Origin: Octopus sinensis
Lineage: Eukaryota
Reading direction: 5' to 3'
Assembly (NCBI RefSeq): GCF_006345805.1
Contig: NC_043011.1
Location: 44,404,464 to 44,468,463 of the forward strand
Length of the DNA: 64,000 bases
Shown in pieces: positions 13,366 to 24,705 of this stretch. The number at the start of each line of letters is the position of its first letter. The stretch's first letter is position 1. The position numbers were made by a program, and so were the translations under genes. The notes beneath the pieces were generated by a model that saw only the letters and a program-made list of their open reading frames with translations, did no database searches and was not told the DNA's origin.

Positions 13366-13562
13366 AAGGCAGCGATCTGGCAGGATCGTTAACACGCTTA
13401 GCGAAATTTTGTCTGCCATTGAGCTTTGAGTTCGAATTCTACCGAGGTCGACTTTGCTTTTCGGGGTCGATAAAATTTGTACCAGTTAGATACTGAGGTC
13501 GATGTAATCGACTTAATCCCTTCCCCCAGAATTTGAGGCCTTGTGCTTCCAGTACAAAGGAT
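13366..13562 (+). mobile_element. SINE family B, older subfamily (GGCCTTGTGC tail)
   Basis: Same head and core as the young copies but a different 3' tail. Confidence 0.8.
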
Positions 13563-13670
13563 ATATTAAAGTTGAAAAAGTGTGACACGTTTATTATATT
13601 AGTTATGTTTAATTTTGGGAAAACCTTACTTCAATTAAAGTATATTTGATATATATATATATATATATAT

Positions 13671-13902
13671 ACCGGAGTAAACACATAAATGTGAAACAAG
13701 GTGGAAAAAAGAGTACTCAAATACCAGTGGTAGAGTAATATGCTTAATTTAAAGCAGCAGAAAATTCAACAAAATCTGTTACTCTGAGTTTCTCGTTGCC
13801 GTTCATCAGACAGTTTTTGCTAGCAAAAACTGTCTGATGAACGGCAACGAGAAACTCAGAGTAACAGATTTTCATAAATTTTCTGCTGCTTTAAATAAAG
13901 TA
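13671..13902. mobile_element. Palindromic PLE-type mini-element in (TA)n, copy 2, with a hammerhead motif on each strand
   Basis: Perfect 51-bp arms 13771-13821 and 13822-13872 with no spacer, extending with mismatches to ~13744/13899; CTGT-CTGATGA-ACGGCAACGA-GAAAC-TCAGA-GTA-ACAG at 13830-13867 and its mirror at 13776-13813. Confidence 0.85.
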
Positions 13903-14409
13903 TATATATATATATGTGTGTGTGTGTATGTGTGTGTGTGCGTGTGTTTGTGTGTGTGTGTGTGTGTATTTATATGTATATATATATATATTAAAGAGAG
14001 CAAAAAAATAAACAAAATGATAAAAGCAGAAGACTAAATGTATATGTAGAATAATTCAGTGTTCAGTATGTTGGTCCAGTGTTAATTATGTTGGCCACAG
14101 GAATTTCTGTCAAGAGACATGTATATCATCTCCCTCTTTCTCTCTTTCTCTTATTACTCCCACCGCTACCATCAACACTACTACTTTTAATAAAACATCA
14201 ATTCTCCCTCAATTTCTTTAACTTTCTTTTTCTCTTTCTCTTTTTCTAACTCTCCCACTCCCTGTCTGTCTTCACCACCGCTTTCACCGTCTCTATAACT
14301 CCCGCCCCAGCATGAGGAATAGTAGAAGTGTCATTGAATAGTGAGGGGGTCAAAGTGTTGCCACACTGACACACAGAAATTAGTTTTCGCATTTATTATA
14401 ATTAGATTG

Positions 14410-14790
14410 GCATATCCTAGAGTATGGTCGCTTTGCTATTCTCAGAGACCTCTTCTGACGTATGCCTAAACATATCTTTTATGTGGCATTTTATAATGCT
14501 GCCATGATTTTCAGTGTAAAGCCCAATTCTGTCATGTGTATGGATATATTCTTTCTTAGTTAAGACTGGACAACCAGAGAAAATATGTTTAATTGTTATT
14601 TCTCATCTCCACACATTCTGTAGTGACTCTGTTCTACCCCATTACATTCTTTTGGTATCTGATTAGAAGACTTCCATCCTGTGCTAACATCTAGACTTCT
14701 TCGATCTTCAACAGTATTGTAACTTCTCATTGTCTATTTCTATCCATTCGCTTTGACCATCGATTTATCACGGAATTCTGCGGACCAAGT
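14410..14790 (-). pseudogene. R4/Dong-like non-LTR retrotransposon fragment (CCHC knuckle region)
   Basis: Manual translation RMCGDEK.TIKHIFSGCPVLTKKEYIHTHDRIG. Confidence 0.6.
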
Positions 14791-15199
14791 TACTCTTTTA
14801 CTCTTTTACTTGTTTCGGTCATTTGATTGCGGCCATGCTGGAGCACCAGCCTTTAGTCGAGCAAATCGACCCCACACTTTTTCAGCCTAGTACTTATTCT
14901 GTCGGTCTCTTTTGCCGAATCGCTAAGTTACGGGGACGTAAACACACCAGCATCGGTTGTCAAGCGATGTTGGGGGGACAAACACAGACACACAAACATA
15001 TATATATACACACACACACACATATGTATATATATATCCTCTTTTTCTCTTCTCTTTCCTCTGATTCTTTGGTCTAATCTTCCACTACCCTCCTAATTCT
15101 TTGTCTCGCTCTGCACTCACAGGTCAATCTTCGACACCCATCCCTTCTCCTCTCTGATTCCTTCTTTCTCTCTCTTCTCTCTCTTTGTTGCGTTTGTCC

Positions 15200-15235
<36 letters not shown>

Positions 15236-15778
15236 GCTGCTTCTCTTTCTTTTCTTTTCTCTCTCCTCTGTCACGTGACTGCTGGCCGAATCTGCCTTCA
15301 GCTTCTGACCAGCGTCGTGTTAACATCGTTGTTTTTTTCGTCCGCTATAGGCATCGCCGATAAGGCTCCTTTCCTTGCGCCAGAGAAAAAAAAAAAAAAA
15401 AAAAAAATTTGTTTGCTTGTTATCAGTCGTAAGACACTTGTTGTTGTTTTCAACCGTTAATGCTTCTGTATTTCATGTTTCTGTATTCCATTATTTTTTG
15501 TTTTTTTATATTCGTCCCTTTTGCTGTCCTGGTGTCCGTATGCATTCGATCCTTCTTCCAGGAAATCTACGCTCCCAGCTTAGTTTCTAATCTCTCGTTG
15601 CTTAGTTTTTCTTGGAGGGCTGGCCGTGATCTAGTAATCTCAAGATTAATCAGCCGAAATTACTACGATGATCCGGTTCTTGACTGAAGACTGAGGGTTT
15701 CGAATGTCCTGTCCGTGTTTATTGTATCGTCTTCTAAGAGTTATACGTTCTTGTCCATGTTGTATTTTTCTACATACC

Positions 15779-15874
<96 letters not shown>

Positions 15875-16059
15875 CATATATACATATAATATATACGACG
15901 GACTTCTTTCAGTTTCCGTCTACCAAATCCACTCACAAGGCTTTGGTCGGCCTGAGGCTATAGTAGAAGACACTTGCCTAAGGTGCCACGCAGTGGGACT
16001 GAACCAAGAACTACGTGGTTGGTAAGCAAGCTACTTACCGCACAGTCACTCCTGCGTCT
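14791..16059 (-). mobile_element. SINE family A split by an insertion in its internal microsatellite
   Basis: 3' half at 14791-15035 and 5' half at 15893-16059; the two halves are colinear with intact copies. Confidence 0.85.
15037..15782 (+). mobile_element. Unclassified, probably PLE-related, non-coding insertion in (TA)n
   Basis: Its last ~135 bp (ATTAATCAGCCGAAATT...CGTTCTTGTCC) recur inverted at 57140-57275; both copies are flanked by TA repeats. Confidence 0.5.
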
Positions 16060-16157
16060 AAAAAAATACTGAACGCTTCACGAATTTGCGTGTCATCCTT
16101 GCGTAGGAGCTATGCTAATCTGCTCTGTCTCGTTCCAATTTTAGAATATGTATCGCC
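16060..16157 (-). pseudogene. U6: U6 snRNA pseudogene, 5' stem-loop truncated
   Basis: Reverse complement reads ACATATTCTAAAATTGGAACGAGACAGAGCAGATTAGCATAGCTCCTACGCAAGGATGACACGCAAATTCGTGAAGCGTTCAGTATTTTTTT; about 8 differences from canonical metazoan U6 over ~90 nt; ACAGAGA box mutated to ACAGAGC. Confidence 0.95.
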
Positions 16158-16784
16158 TCCCAATTTCTGTCGCTATTTTATCTTTCTCCTCCTAAATCCC
16201 TGTCATTTCAACCGCTGTTTTGTATTTTCTCTGAAAATACAACAAAAAGGCTTTTTGTTCATATTTGTAGATGCTTGTATTAGTTTCCTATTATCATTTT
16301 CTCAATATTTTTTGCTGTTCTACAGCAAACATGGGCTTATACAATCATATTTAACGTGTACACTCAGACACAGCAAGTCATGGAATGCAGAAATTGTCTC
16401 GAGATAAAACATACACAATATATGAAAACGCACCATTGAGTTATTAATGACGTCACGGGCTGTCAGACGCGTGCGTTTCTGCGTTTTTGCACATCGTCAG
16501 CTATAATAGTTTTCTAATTGTGTAAAGCGCCTGTTTCCGTATATTTGTTAAAATTGATATTATTTGTATGCCAAATTCTAGAGGATTATTCTCTATGCAC
16601 TCATTATTTTATTTTTCATTTCGAGTCTTACTAGTTCATTTAAGCGTATAGCTGACAATTTTATAACTATAACTTATTACTGTTACAGCTAAAGTACTGA
16701 TGCCTATTTTTCTTTTAAATCTGTTTTAAGTATTTATCTAATGCTTCTTTAATATTCTTTCATAAATTATTTCGTGTGTACGTG

Positions 16785-17035
16785 TTCGGCTTTCTATTCT
16801 CTATCTCATGGTCGCACTGAATCATAAAATCCCATAGGATCTTTGCATTTCTATTTTCGACAATGCATTCAGGTTTGTGGTCGTACCAATTTTTTGCTCT
16901 GTCAAGTCTATACTTGACTATATTGTTGTGGCGTCTCTTAGATTCCTTCTGGGCCAGTGGCGTACATTGGCTGATAATATGCCATACGGTTTCATCCTTT
17001 TGTCCACAGATTCTGCGTTTATCACTTACTGATGT
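16785..17035 (-). pseudogene. R4/Dong-like retrotransposon fragment (zinc knuckle plus start of the restriction-like endonuclease)
   Basis: RICGQKDETVWHIISQCTPLAQKESKRRHN...WYDHKP...KILWDFMIQCDHEIENRKP. Confidence 0.85.
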
Positions 17036-17448
17036 GTATTGATTATTGTAGTATGTATTTACAGCGAATGAGCCTGATACCAAGAAAACAAGTTCTATGT
17101 GTTTAATGGCCAGCAATTTAACAGCCACTCCACCCACCTTTATAGAGTATAGGTGAGTGTGTGAGCATCCAGTGGATTCATTATTTATTTGCTGCATTTG
17201 GAGAAAGAAGTGACGCCCTTAACCTTTGCAGGCTCCCTGAGACTAATGAGCTTCATGTCTTTATTGTTCTATTTAGACTGCTGCAGGTCAACAGTATCTG
17301 CAGGAAATACATGGGCAGAGAGAAGATTCTTGAAGGCTGATGTCCTAAAAAGGAAGGACTGAGCATAGAGGTTAATGTGTAGCTGGAAGGGAGGTTAAAT
17401 GTGTAACAAGGGTGATGATTATTATTATTATTGCTGTTGTTGTTGTTG

Positions 17449-17499
<51 letters not shown>

Positions 17500-17521
17500 T
17501 TACATTATTATTATTATTATT

Positions 17522-17715
17522 AAGGCGTTGAGCTAGCAGAATCGCTAGCCCGCCGAGCGAAATGCTTTGCAGTATTTCGTGTGCCGTTACGTTCTGAGTT
17601 CAAATTCCGCCGATGTCGACTTTGCTTTTCATCCTTTCGGGGTCGATAAAATAAGTACCAGTTGAGCAACAGAGTCGATATAATCAATTTATCCCCTTGT
17701 GCCAAAATTCTGAAG
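17522..17715 (+). mobile_element. SINE family B, older subfamily, next to (TAT)n/(TAC)n
   Basis: Head, B-box and core homology. Confidence 0.85.
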
Positions 17716-18204
17716 CCATCATTATTATCATTATAATTATTAACAGCAACATCATCATCGTCATCAACAACGGTGTCACACCGAAAAGTACCCGTTACAC
17801 CCTAGAGTCAATACGATCAGTCGAACACTCGTAAGTACCCTTTGAGGAATAGATTTCATTATTCAACCGCGTCAAACCCAAACATGTTTCATTGTTCCAG
17901 TGTCTGAAATCAATACTTTATTGTTATTAACTTCAACATTTTTTCAATTTTCAAAACAAAATTACTTGTAACACAATTTTAGCTTTGAAAATCGTTTAAC
18001 ATCAAAGACGGCCATTACGTAGTAGTAGTAGTAGTAGTAAAAATTTTGATATTATATATTACTCCTACTATGTGTTACTACTAGAATTACAACTAACACC
18101 ACAGCTGTTGCTTCTAATAACAACAGCAATGATTATAATGATGATGATGATGATGATATTGTTATTACGTATAACTACAATAATTATGATAATTATCTTT
18201 TTCA

Positions 18205-18872
18205 ATTATAGGCACAAGGCCTGGAATTTGGGGGAAGGGATAGTCTATTACATCAACCCCAGTACTCGAATGCTTCATATTTTAACGACTCTGAAAAGGA
18301 TAAAAAGTAGAGTCGTCCTCGGCGGAATTTGAACTCAGAACGTAAAAACGGGCGAAATGCTGCTAAGTATTTCGCCCGGTGTGTTTACCATTCTGCCTAC
18401 TCGCCACCTTAATAATTATAATAATCCTTTCTATAATTAGGCACAAAGCCTGAATATTGGTTGAAGGGAAATAGTCGAATACTTCGACCCAAGTGCTTGA
18501 CTGCTACTTATTTCATCGACTCCGAAAGGATTAAAGGCAAAGTTGACCTCGGTGGAATTTGAACTCGGAACGTAATACCTATTTCTTTATTACCCACAAG
18601 GGGCTAAACACAGAGGGGACAAACAAGGACAGACATAGGTATTAAGTCGATTACATCGACCCCAGTGCGTAACTGGTACTTAATTTATCGACCCCGAAAG
18701 GATGAAAGGCAAAGTCGACCTCGGCGGAATTTGAACTCACAACGTAACGCAGACGAAATACCGCTAAGCATTTCGCCCGGTGTGCTAACATTTCTGCCAC
18801 TTCACCACTCGGAACGTAATACCGTACAGCAGTTTACTCAGCGTGCTAACGATTCTGCCACTTCACTGCCCT
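18205..18872 (-). mobile_element. Cluster of family B SINEs: 18205-18410, and host 18430-18872 with a nested young copy at 18580-18806
   Basis: Nested copy bounded by the 17-bp TSD ACTCGGAACGTAATACC (18563-18579 and 18807-18823). Confidence 0.88.
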
Positions 18873-19174
18873 AGTAACAATAATAAAATCTGGTGGGAAC
18901 ACAAACCACCTCCAGGGTTTGAAAATTATTCCATCTCACACCCTTGCTAACTTTATTGCTCAAACTGACAGAAAGATAGATGCAAATAGGCCAGACATTA
19001 TATTGACACCTTCCAGACATTATACTGTCGACTCCCAACTTTCCTTGCTCTTATACTACAAAGAACTGTAGCAGTTTTAGAATCTCGTCTTCTTCCCAAA
19101 TACTTCTATTATTACCTTTTTTCTGTCAATCTCAAACTGGAATTCAGACTCAGATAGAAACAACATATTATTAT

Positions 19175-19600
19175 TTTCCACTCTAGGGACAAGGCCCGAA
19201 ATTGTGGGGGAAGGAGCCAGTCGTTTAGATCGACCCCAGAAAGCAACTGGTACTTAATTTATCGATCCCGAAAGAATGAAAAGCAAAGTCGACCTCGGCG
19301 GAATTTGAACTCTGAATGTAAAGCAAGACGAAATATCGCTATGCATTTCGCCCGGCGTGCTAACGTTTCTTATTTCTTTATTGCCCACAAGGGGCTACAC
19401 AGAGGGGACAAACAAGGACAGACAAAGGGATTAGGTCGATTATATCGACCCCAGTGCGTAACTGGTGCTTATTTAATCGACCCCGAAAGGATGAAAGGCA
19501 AAGTCGACCTCGGCAGAATTTGAACTCAGTAGGTAACGACAGACGAAATATGGCTACACATTTCACCCGGCGTGCTAACGATTCTGCCAGCTCGCCAGCT
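19175..19600 (-). mobile_element. Two family B SINEs in tandem or nested (older 19175-19370, young 19371-19600)
   Basis: The young tail TATTTCTTTATTGCCCAC joins the older copy inside its tRNA head. Confidence 0.85.
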
Positions 19601-19938
19601 TAGAAACAACATGTTTTTAATTGGAGGCAGGGGAGGCCTTGGTAGGGGTTCGAATGGTGCAAAAGGCTCTCATGTTCTTCTTTGAATATGCTTGAAGTGT
19701 ACAGCATGTTTTTTTGTTTTTGTTTCTAAATCCTTTTGCAAAGCAAGATTTTGCAAACTTAAAAAGAATTTTGAAGAAAACGATTCGTCAGATTTTCTTC
19801 CTTTTTCGCTCTTTTCTTACATAAATTCATTGCGCTTGTTACATGTTGAATATTCAACATTTATGTCGCATTAACAATAAAGATTACATAACCTCTGCTG
19901 CTGTGGCTGCTACTACTACTACGACTACTACTATTACT

Positions 19939-19997
<59 letters not shown>

Positions 19998-20724
19998 GAT
20001 AATAATGATAATAATGATAATGTGGGGCGCTTTGAGATAGCCTGAATACAATGTCATAAAATGAAAGGAAAAAAAATAAAGACAACAAGAAGTATTATAC
20101 AGGCAAGATAGCTTTGTCTAATGAAGGGAGAAGAAGAAAAAAATGTATAAGAATGCTGAAAACTGAGTCATGTCCATTGATACGTCGGTTGAGTGTGTAA
20201 TAAAGTATGACAGTGATAGAATAAACCGGAAGGTGATTGAATTAATGAGGTCGTACTGATAATGATTAAAAGCAATTTACAAACGACATTTGCTGACAAA
20301 GTTTATAGTTAAACACAACAAAGAATCCGGTTTTTCACATAAAGGTTTGCTCCAGTATGACCGGGTCTGTAATGGCTGGAATAAACTGAAGAAATAAAGA
20401 TGGTTGCCGCAGTGTTGTTGTTGTTTGTGGTGGTGGTGGTGCCGTCATTTTTATTATCTTCGAGAAGAAATGCTGGAAGAGCAAAAGTTTTCTGAATCGC
20501 CAAGAAAAAATATGGAGCGGATAAATTGCTGTAAATTTCCATAAACGTCAAAGAAAGGAAGGAATAGGAAAAAACACTGTTTGTTGCTTATTATGAACAG
20601 CTTAGGAAGAATATGGCGGATATGAGACATGGTGAACATATGGCAACATGGCGGATTTAAGACATGGCAGTAAGAGGGAAGGGTGGTCCATAGCTATACA
20701 AAAGACGGTGGATTGGTTATAGGC

Positions 20725-21420
20725 GTTGTTGTTGTTGTTGTTACTGTTGTTGTTAATGGTGGTGGTGGTCGTCGTGGTGGTCGTGGTCGTGGTCGTGGTG
20801 GTCGTGGTGGTGGTCGTGATGGTCGTGGTGGTGGTCGTCGTGGTGGTGGTCGTCGTGGTCGTGGTCGTCGTGGTCGTGGTGGTCGTGGCGGTGGTGGTCG
20901 TGGTGGTAGTGGTGGCCTTGGTGGTCGTGGTTGTGGTGGCGGTGGTGGTCGTGGTCGTGGTCGTCGTCGTCGTCGTGATATTGGCGCAGCTAAGGTTTGT
21001 TGAGGAGTTCAAGGTGGCAATTGTGTTAGCACTGTTGCTGATGTTGATGATGGTGGTGATGGTGGTGATGGTCGTGGTGGTGCTGGTGGTAGCATTGCTG
21101 TAGATGGTGTTTGTTGTGGTGGTGCTTCGGTGGTAGTGGTGTATGTAATGCTGTTGCTCTTGGTGGTAACAGTGATGGTTACTGTTAAGATGATCATGTT
21201 GTAATTGGCAAAGATGGTGTTTGCTGTGACGGTGTTCGACGTGGTAGTCATGTTCCTGTTGTTGCAGTTATTGTTGTTGATGAGAAAGATGGTGGTGGTG
21301 GTGGAAGCAGTTGTGGTGGTGATGGTCTTCCTACTACTACTACTGGGTGGGGTGATGGCAGTTGTGGTTTTGGCACAGATGATGTTTGTTGTGGTGTTCA
21401 AGTTGGTTGTAATATTGATA
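20725..21420. repeat. Cryptic trinucleotide tract (GGT/CGT/GTT/GAT)
   Basis: Visible low-complexity triplets; source of the poly-V/T/G ORFs. Confidence 0.9.
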
Positions 21421-21569
21421 TAGTTACTGGTGGAAAACTTGGTAGCGGGAGGTAGTGGCTATGGTATTGGGATATGTAGTGCTAGCTGTCGTATATATAT
21501 ACATATGCACACACACACACATTCACACACCACACACACACACACACACATACACACACACATACATAC

Positions 21570-21603
<34 letters not shown>

Positions 21604-21696
21604 ATATATATACATACATGCATATATATATACATACATACATATAATACATACAAATATATAACATACATATGTGTGTGTGTGGTGTGTGCGTGG

Positions 21697-21987
21697 ATGT
21701 TATTACAATACAATAATATTATTTTCCAACGAAATATAACACAGTTAATGTAGAATTATAAACAGGAACGGTTATCGACTGGTATTTCCAGCAAAAAATG
21801 GTGCCTTGGTGTGCCACTACTTCCTACTTATGTGTGTGTGTGTGTGTGCGTGTGTATGTTATTACAATACATAATATTATTTTCCAACGAAATATAACAC
21901 AGTTAATGTAGAATTATAAACAGGAACGGTTATCGACTGGTATTTCCAGCAAAAATTGGTGCCTTGGTGTGCCACTACTTCCTACTT
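21697..21987. repeat. Near-identical tandem duplication, ~159-bp period
   Basis: 21697-21829 versus 21856-21987, separated and flanked by (TG)n. Confidence 0.9.
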
Positions 21988-22002
21988 TGTGTGTGGTGTG
22001 TG

Positions 22003-22077
<75 letters not shown>

Positions 22078-22457
22078 TAGCAGTATCGCCCGGCGTTGCT
22101 CAGGTTTGTAAGGGAAATAACTATAAAGCATTTTTAGAGAGTTATAGCCAAAACATAGGAAAAAATGGAAAAAAAATGATGGTAAATTTTTTTGAGAGTT
22201 AAAAAAGGTGGAGTTGCGTCCCCTAGACGGTCTGTGTTTGGGTTTCTGATTCTCGACCCCATGTCGAATTTATCGATTTTTTTCAGAACTGGGGGAACTT
22301 TTCAAAATTTTCGCTGCGTTAGTTTTGAATTATGACATTGGGCTATGTGTGTGTCAAGTTTCATCAGAATCGGTTGAAAGCCGTGGTCAGAGTGAGGGTA
22401 CGAGAAAACAGACACACAGAAAACGCACAGACAAACTGCCGTTTATATAGAGAGAGA
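22078..22457 (-). mobile_element. Non-autonomous Helitron, copy 1
   Basis: 5' A|TCTCTCTCTATATAAAC; 3' hairpin CCTGAGCAACGCCGGG then CTA; nearly identical to 54901-55279. Confidence 0.8.
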
Positions 22458-22531
22458 TATACATATATAAGGGGGGGTGTGTATGTATGTATTATGTATG
22501 TATATGTATATATATATGCATGCATACATAT

Positions 22532-22728
22532 AGGCGCAACTACAGCAGTGTATTTAAGAAGCTTGCTTCGTAACTTTTGGGTTTCGGGTTCAGTCCCACT
22601 AGTCGGTATTCTACTTCCTGCAACATCCCTGTCCGAACAATGACTTTAATTGTATTTCGTAGATGAAAACTGTACGGGAGTGTCACTGTATATATAGTAT
22701 GATATATCTATATATATAATATTATATT

Positions 22729-22759
<31 letters not shown>

Positions 22760-22835
22760 ATATTATAATATATATATATATATAATATTATATATATACA
22801 TTTATTATATAATATATATTATATATCTTATCTAT

Positions 22836-22866
<31 letters not shown>

Positions 22867-23100
22867 TATAATATATGTATGTATGTATGTGTGTGTGTGT
22901 GTGTGTGTGTGTCTTCATGACTCTGTTTACCTTAACCGACTAACACAAGCGGTGTAGGCTTATTTATGTCCCTGTAAGCTTAGTAGATGTTCAAAAGATA
23001 ACTAAAAGTAAAAATAAGTACCAGGTTAAAAATATAAGTCCCAGAGGCGATTTGATCGTGTGAATTCATCAATGCCGACCCTAGCATTCCTGCTTTCTCG
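22532..23100 (+). mobile_element. Degenerate SINE family A with expanded internal (TA)n
   Basis: GGCGCA head, GGGTTCAGTCCCAC, and a diverged 3' half at 22915-23100. Confidence 0.6.
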
Positions 23101-24188
23101 TTTCAACCAATCCAACAAGTTAAAGGATAAAAGAATGAATAAGGGTAGGGTGCAGGTGTATATTTAAACATGCCTATACATACATGCATACATACAAATA
23201 AACATATATACATACATACATACAAACAAACATACATACATACATACATGTATATATATATATATATGTATACACACACACACAGATGTATGTATACATA
23301 CACATATATACATATATATATACGCACATACACACATAAACACACACTCCACACACACACACACACATATATGTATATGTATGTATATATATTTATATAT
23401 ACATACATATATATTTGTATATACATATATATACATACATGCATATATATATATATATACACGGAGATGAAGGATGGGAGGAGAAGAGGGACACACTAAT
23501 GTAATGTAATAACCGGGGATAATCAAAGCTAAACTGGAAAGTTCCAGCAGATATTCATCTACACGAGTGGAATTACTGACGAATTCTGGATAAAAATTTC
23601 ATCGATAATTTTTTAAAAATTTAAAACTAAAATTACAACCAGCTCTACTGAGAAATGCAACAGCATTAGAACTGATAATAACATACATTTTTGTTTAATT
23701 ATCTGGAATACGGTGATTATCGATAATGATTTGTTTGATCGCCAGTTTGAATTTTATTTCCACTGAGTCACAAACCAAAATACAACTGATGTGTTTTTAT
23801 TAGCTTTTCCGGATCTTTTCTGCAAACATGTGTACTGTGCCTGTGTGTTTGTATGTGTCTGTGTGTTTGTATGTGCCTGTGTGTGTTTATTTGCGACGGC
23901 AATTATTTTGTGTATGTGTGTGTATGTGTGTGTATGTTGTAAATATTTTCTTTACGCATGCGTCATGCTTCGGTGTCGTTGCGTGTCGTGCTTGTCAGGA
24001 AAAGAATTTCAGAGATGCAACGAAAACAAAATGGTTGTTTGTTCTCGTTAGGATTAATGTCTCGTCACGTGGCTTTTGTTTTCCGGGCCTCCGATAGAAA
24101 TGCATCAGCACCTATACGCACATATCAGCGTATATACCTGTGCGAGCGTGTGAGTGTGTGTGTGTTGTGTGTATGTGTGTGTGTGTGT

Positions 24189-24236
<48 letters not shown>

Positions 24237-24239
24237 ATA

Positions 24240-24470
24240 TCTTCTTTGACTTATTTCAGTCATTAAGTGGTGGCCATGCTGGGGCACACTCTTAAAGGGT
24301 TTAATTGAACACATCAATCCCAATAGTTATTTTAAGCTCCGCTATCTATTCTATAACTAAGTTACAGGGACGTAAACAAACCAGCAGTAGTTGTGAATCT
24401 GTTATGGAGGAAAAAACACAATGCAAATACACACACGCACACAGACCCGAACACAGACACGCACACACAT
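24240..24470 (-). mobile_element. SINE family A, 3' part, degenerate
   Basis: TTTCAGTCATT...GGCCATGCTGG...CTAAGTTACAGGGACGTAAAC homology. Confidence 0.7.
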
Positions 24471-24705
24471 AAACATATTAGATTTCCTTTTGTTCACGTC
24501 TCAACTTTCACATTGCTGCGATCTTTATACAGTTATCACCTGAAGATCGCTGTGGTATGAAACTCGAGCCACATGAAGGAGAAATTCTGTTTAAATAAAC
24601 ATCACACCCTACTACAACTATCAATAGTCTCCTTTGCTTGCATTGACAAACTAGAGCGTTTATATAATAAACAAATATATGTATGTTTACATAGACGGAT
24701 AGATA

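Noticed and set aside
15680-15715. CTGAAGA...TTCGAATGTC hammerhead-like motif (also ~57205-57240, minus strand)
   Set aside because: Both copies have GAAT instead of GAAA and stem I is unconvincing; not called as a ribozyme.
16060-16157. Functional U6 gene
   Set aside because: The 5' stem-loop is missing, the ACAGAGA box is mutated and no upstream PSE/TATA is evident.
11744-16455. Three TGACGTCA CRE palindromes (11744, 12422, 16448)
   Set aside because: Count is not clearly above chance and one lies in a decayed SINE.
17234-17255. TCCCTGAGAC, identical to the 5' end of miR-125
   Set aside because: The match stops after 10 nt and there is no convincing precursor hairpin.
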